From a virus (taxonomy: Duplodnaviria > Heunggongvirae > Uroviricota > Caudoviricetes), in IMG/VR virus record IMGVR_UViG_2690316278_000011: DNA of 6,906 nucleotides; one strand, written 5' to 3'. Made by a program: the position numbers and the translations under genes. Under the pieces are notes generated by a model that was given only the letters and a program-made list of their open reading frames with translations, ran no database searches and had not been told where the DNA came from. Each line of letters starts with the position of its first letter. Position 1 is the stretch's first letter. Of this stretch, positions 6,726 to 6,906 are shown piece after piece.

Positions 6726-6906
6726 GCAACTTAAATGTATTAACTCAGAACGGATCAACACACTCACAACATAGAGTCAATATAGCTGCTCGCTTTGTTC
6801 CAGCAAGGATGCCTATTTCTAAGGAAAAACAGAGCAGAAACATATGGTGTTTTCCTACCTGACATCAGGGGTGGTAGACTGGCCCCCTGAATCTCCAGAC
6901 AACCAG

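Noticed and set aside
6029-6767. Minus-strand ORFs 6029..6244, 6349..6531 and 6528..6767
   Set aside because: Antisense to the well-supported gpD-like gene; no start signals.
6866-6887. Rho-independent terminator after gpD
   Set aside because: The hairpin AGGGG...CCCCT is followed by GAATCTCC rather than a U-tract, so it does not meet the intrinsic terminator pattern.
6840-6906. tRNA or tmRNA 3' end as a prophage attachment site
   Set aside because: No cloverleaf-compatible pairing, no T-loop GTTC motif and no CCA-type end could be recognised by eye.
1-6906. CRISPR array, insertion sequence or integrase
   Set aside because: No regularly spaced repeats, no terminal inverted repeats flanking a transposase-like ORF and no recombinase-like ORF were found in the unmasked sequence.

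Overview
This window is the contractile-tail module of a P2-family (FETUD-type) myovirus-like element; the proteins look enterobacterial. Reading the minus strand from high to low coordinates: tail sheath (FI-like, start hidden in an N-run), tail tube (FII-like), the E/E' tail-assembly chaperone pair with a canonical -1 slippery heptamer, a large tape measure protein (T-like), then a short gpU-like ORF that appears disrupted. A gpD-like (baseplate hub, 'late control D') gene lies on the plus strand at the far end, divergent from the sheath gene, which is not the P2 gene order. Six runs of N (215-461, 502-786, 871-1102, 5082-5130, 5254-5541, 5628-5654) hide about 1.1 kb, and at least one breaks the frame of a well-supported protein, so coordinates across them are nominal. 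I saw no rRNA, tRNA, CRISPR array, integrase or transposase. All identifications come from reading the translated ORFs and from recollection of P2-family proteins; no database search was run. I found nothing that clearly constitutes a new biological system; the most unusual points are the synteny break and the apparently broken gpU.
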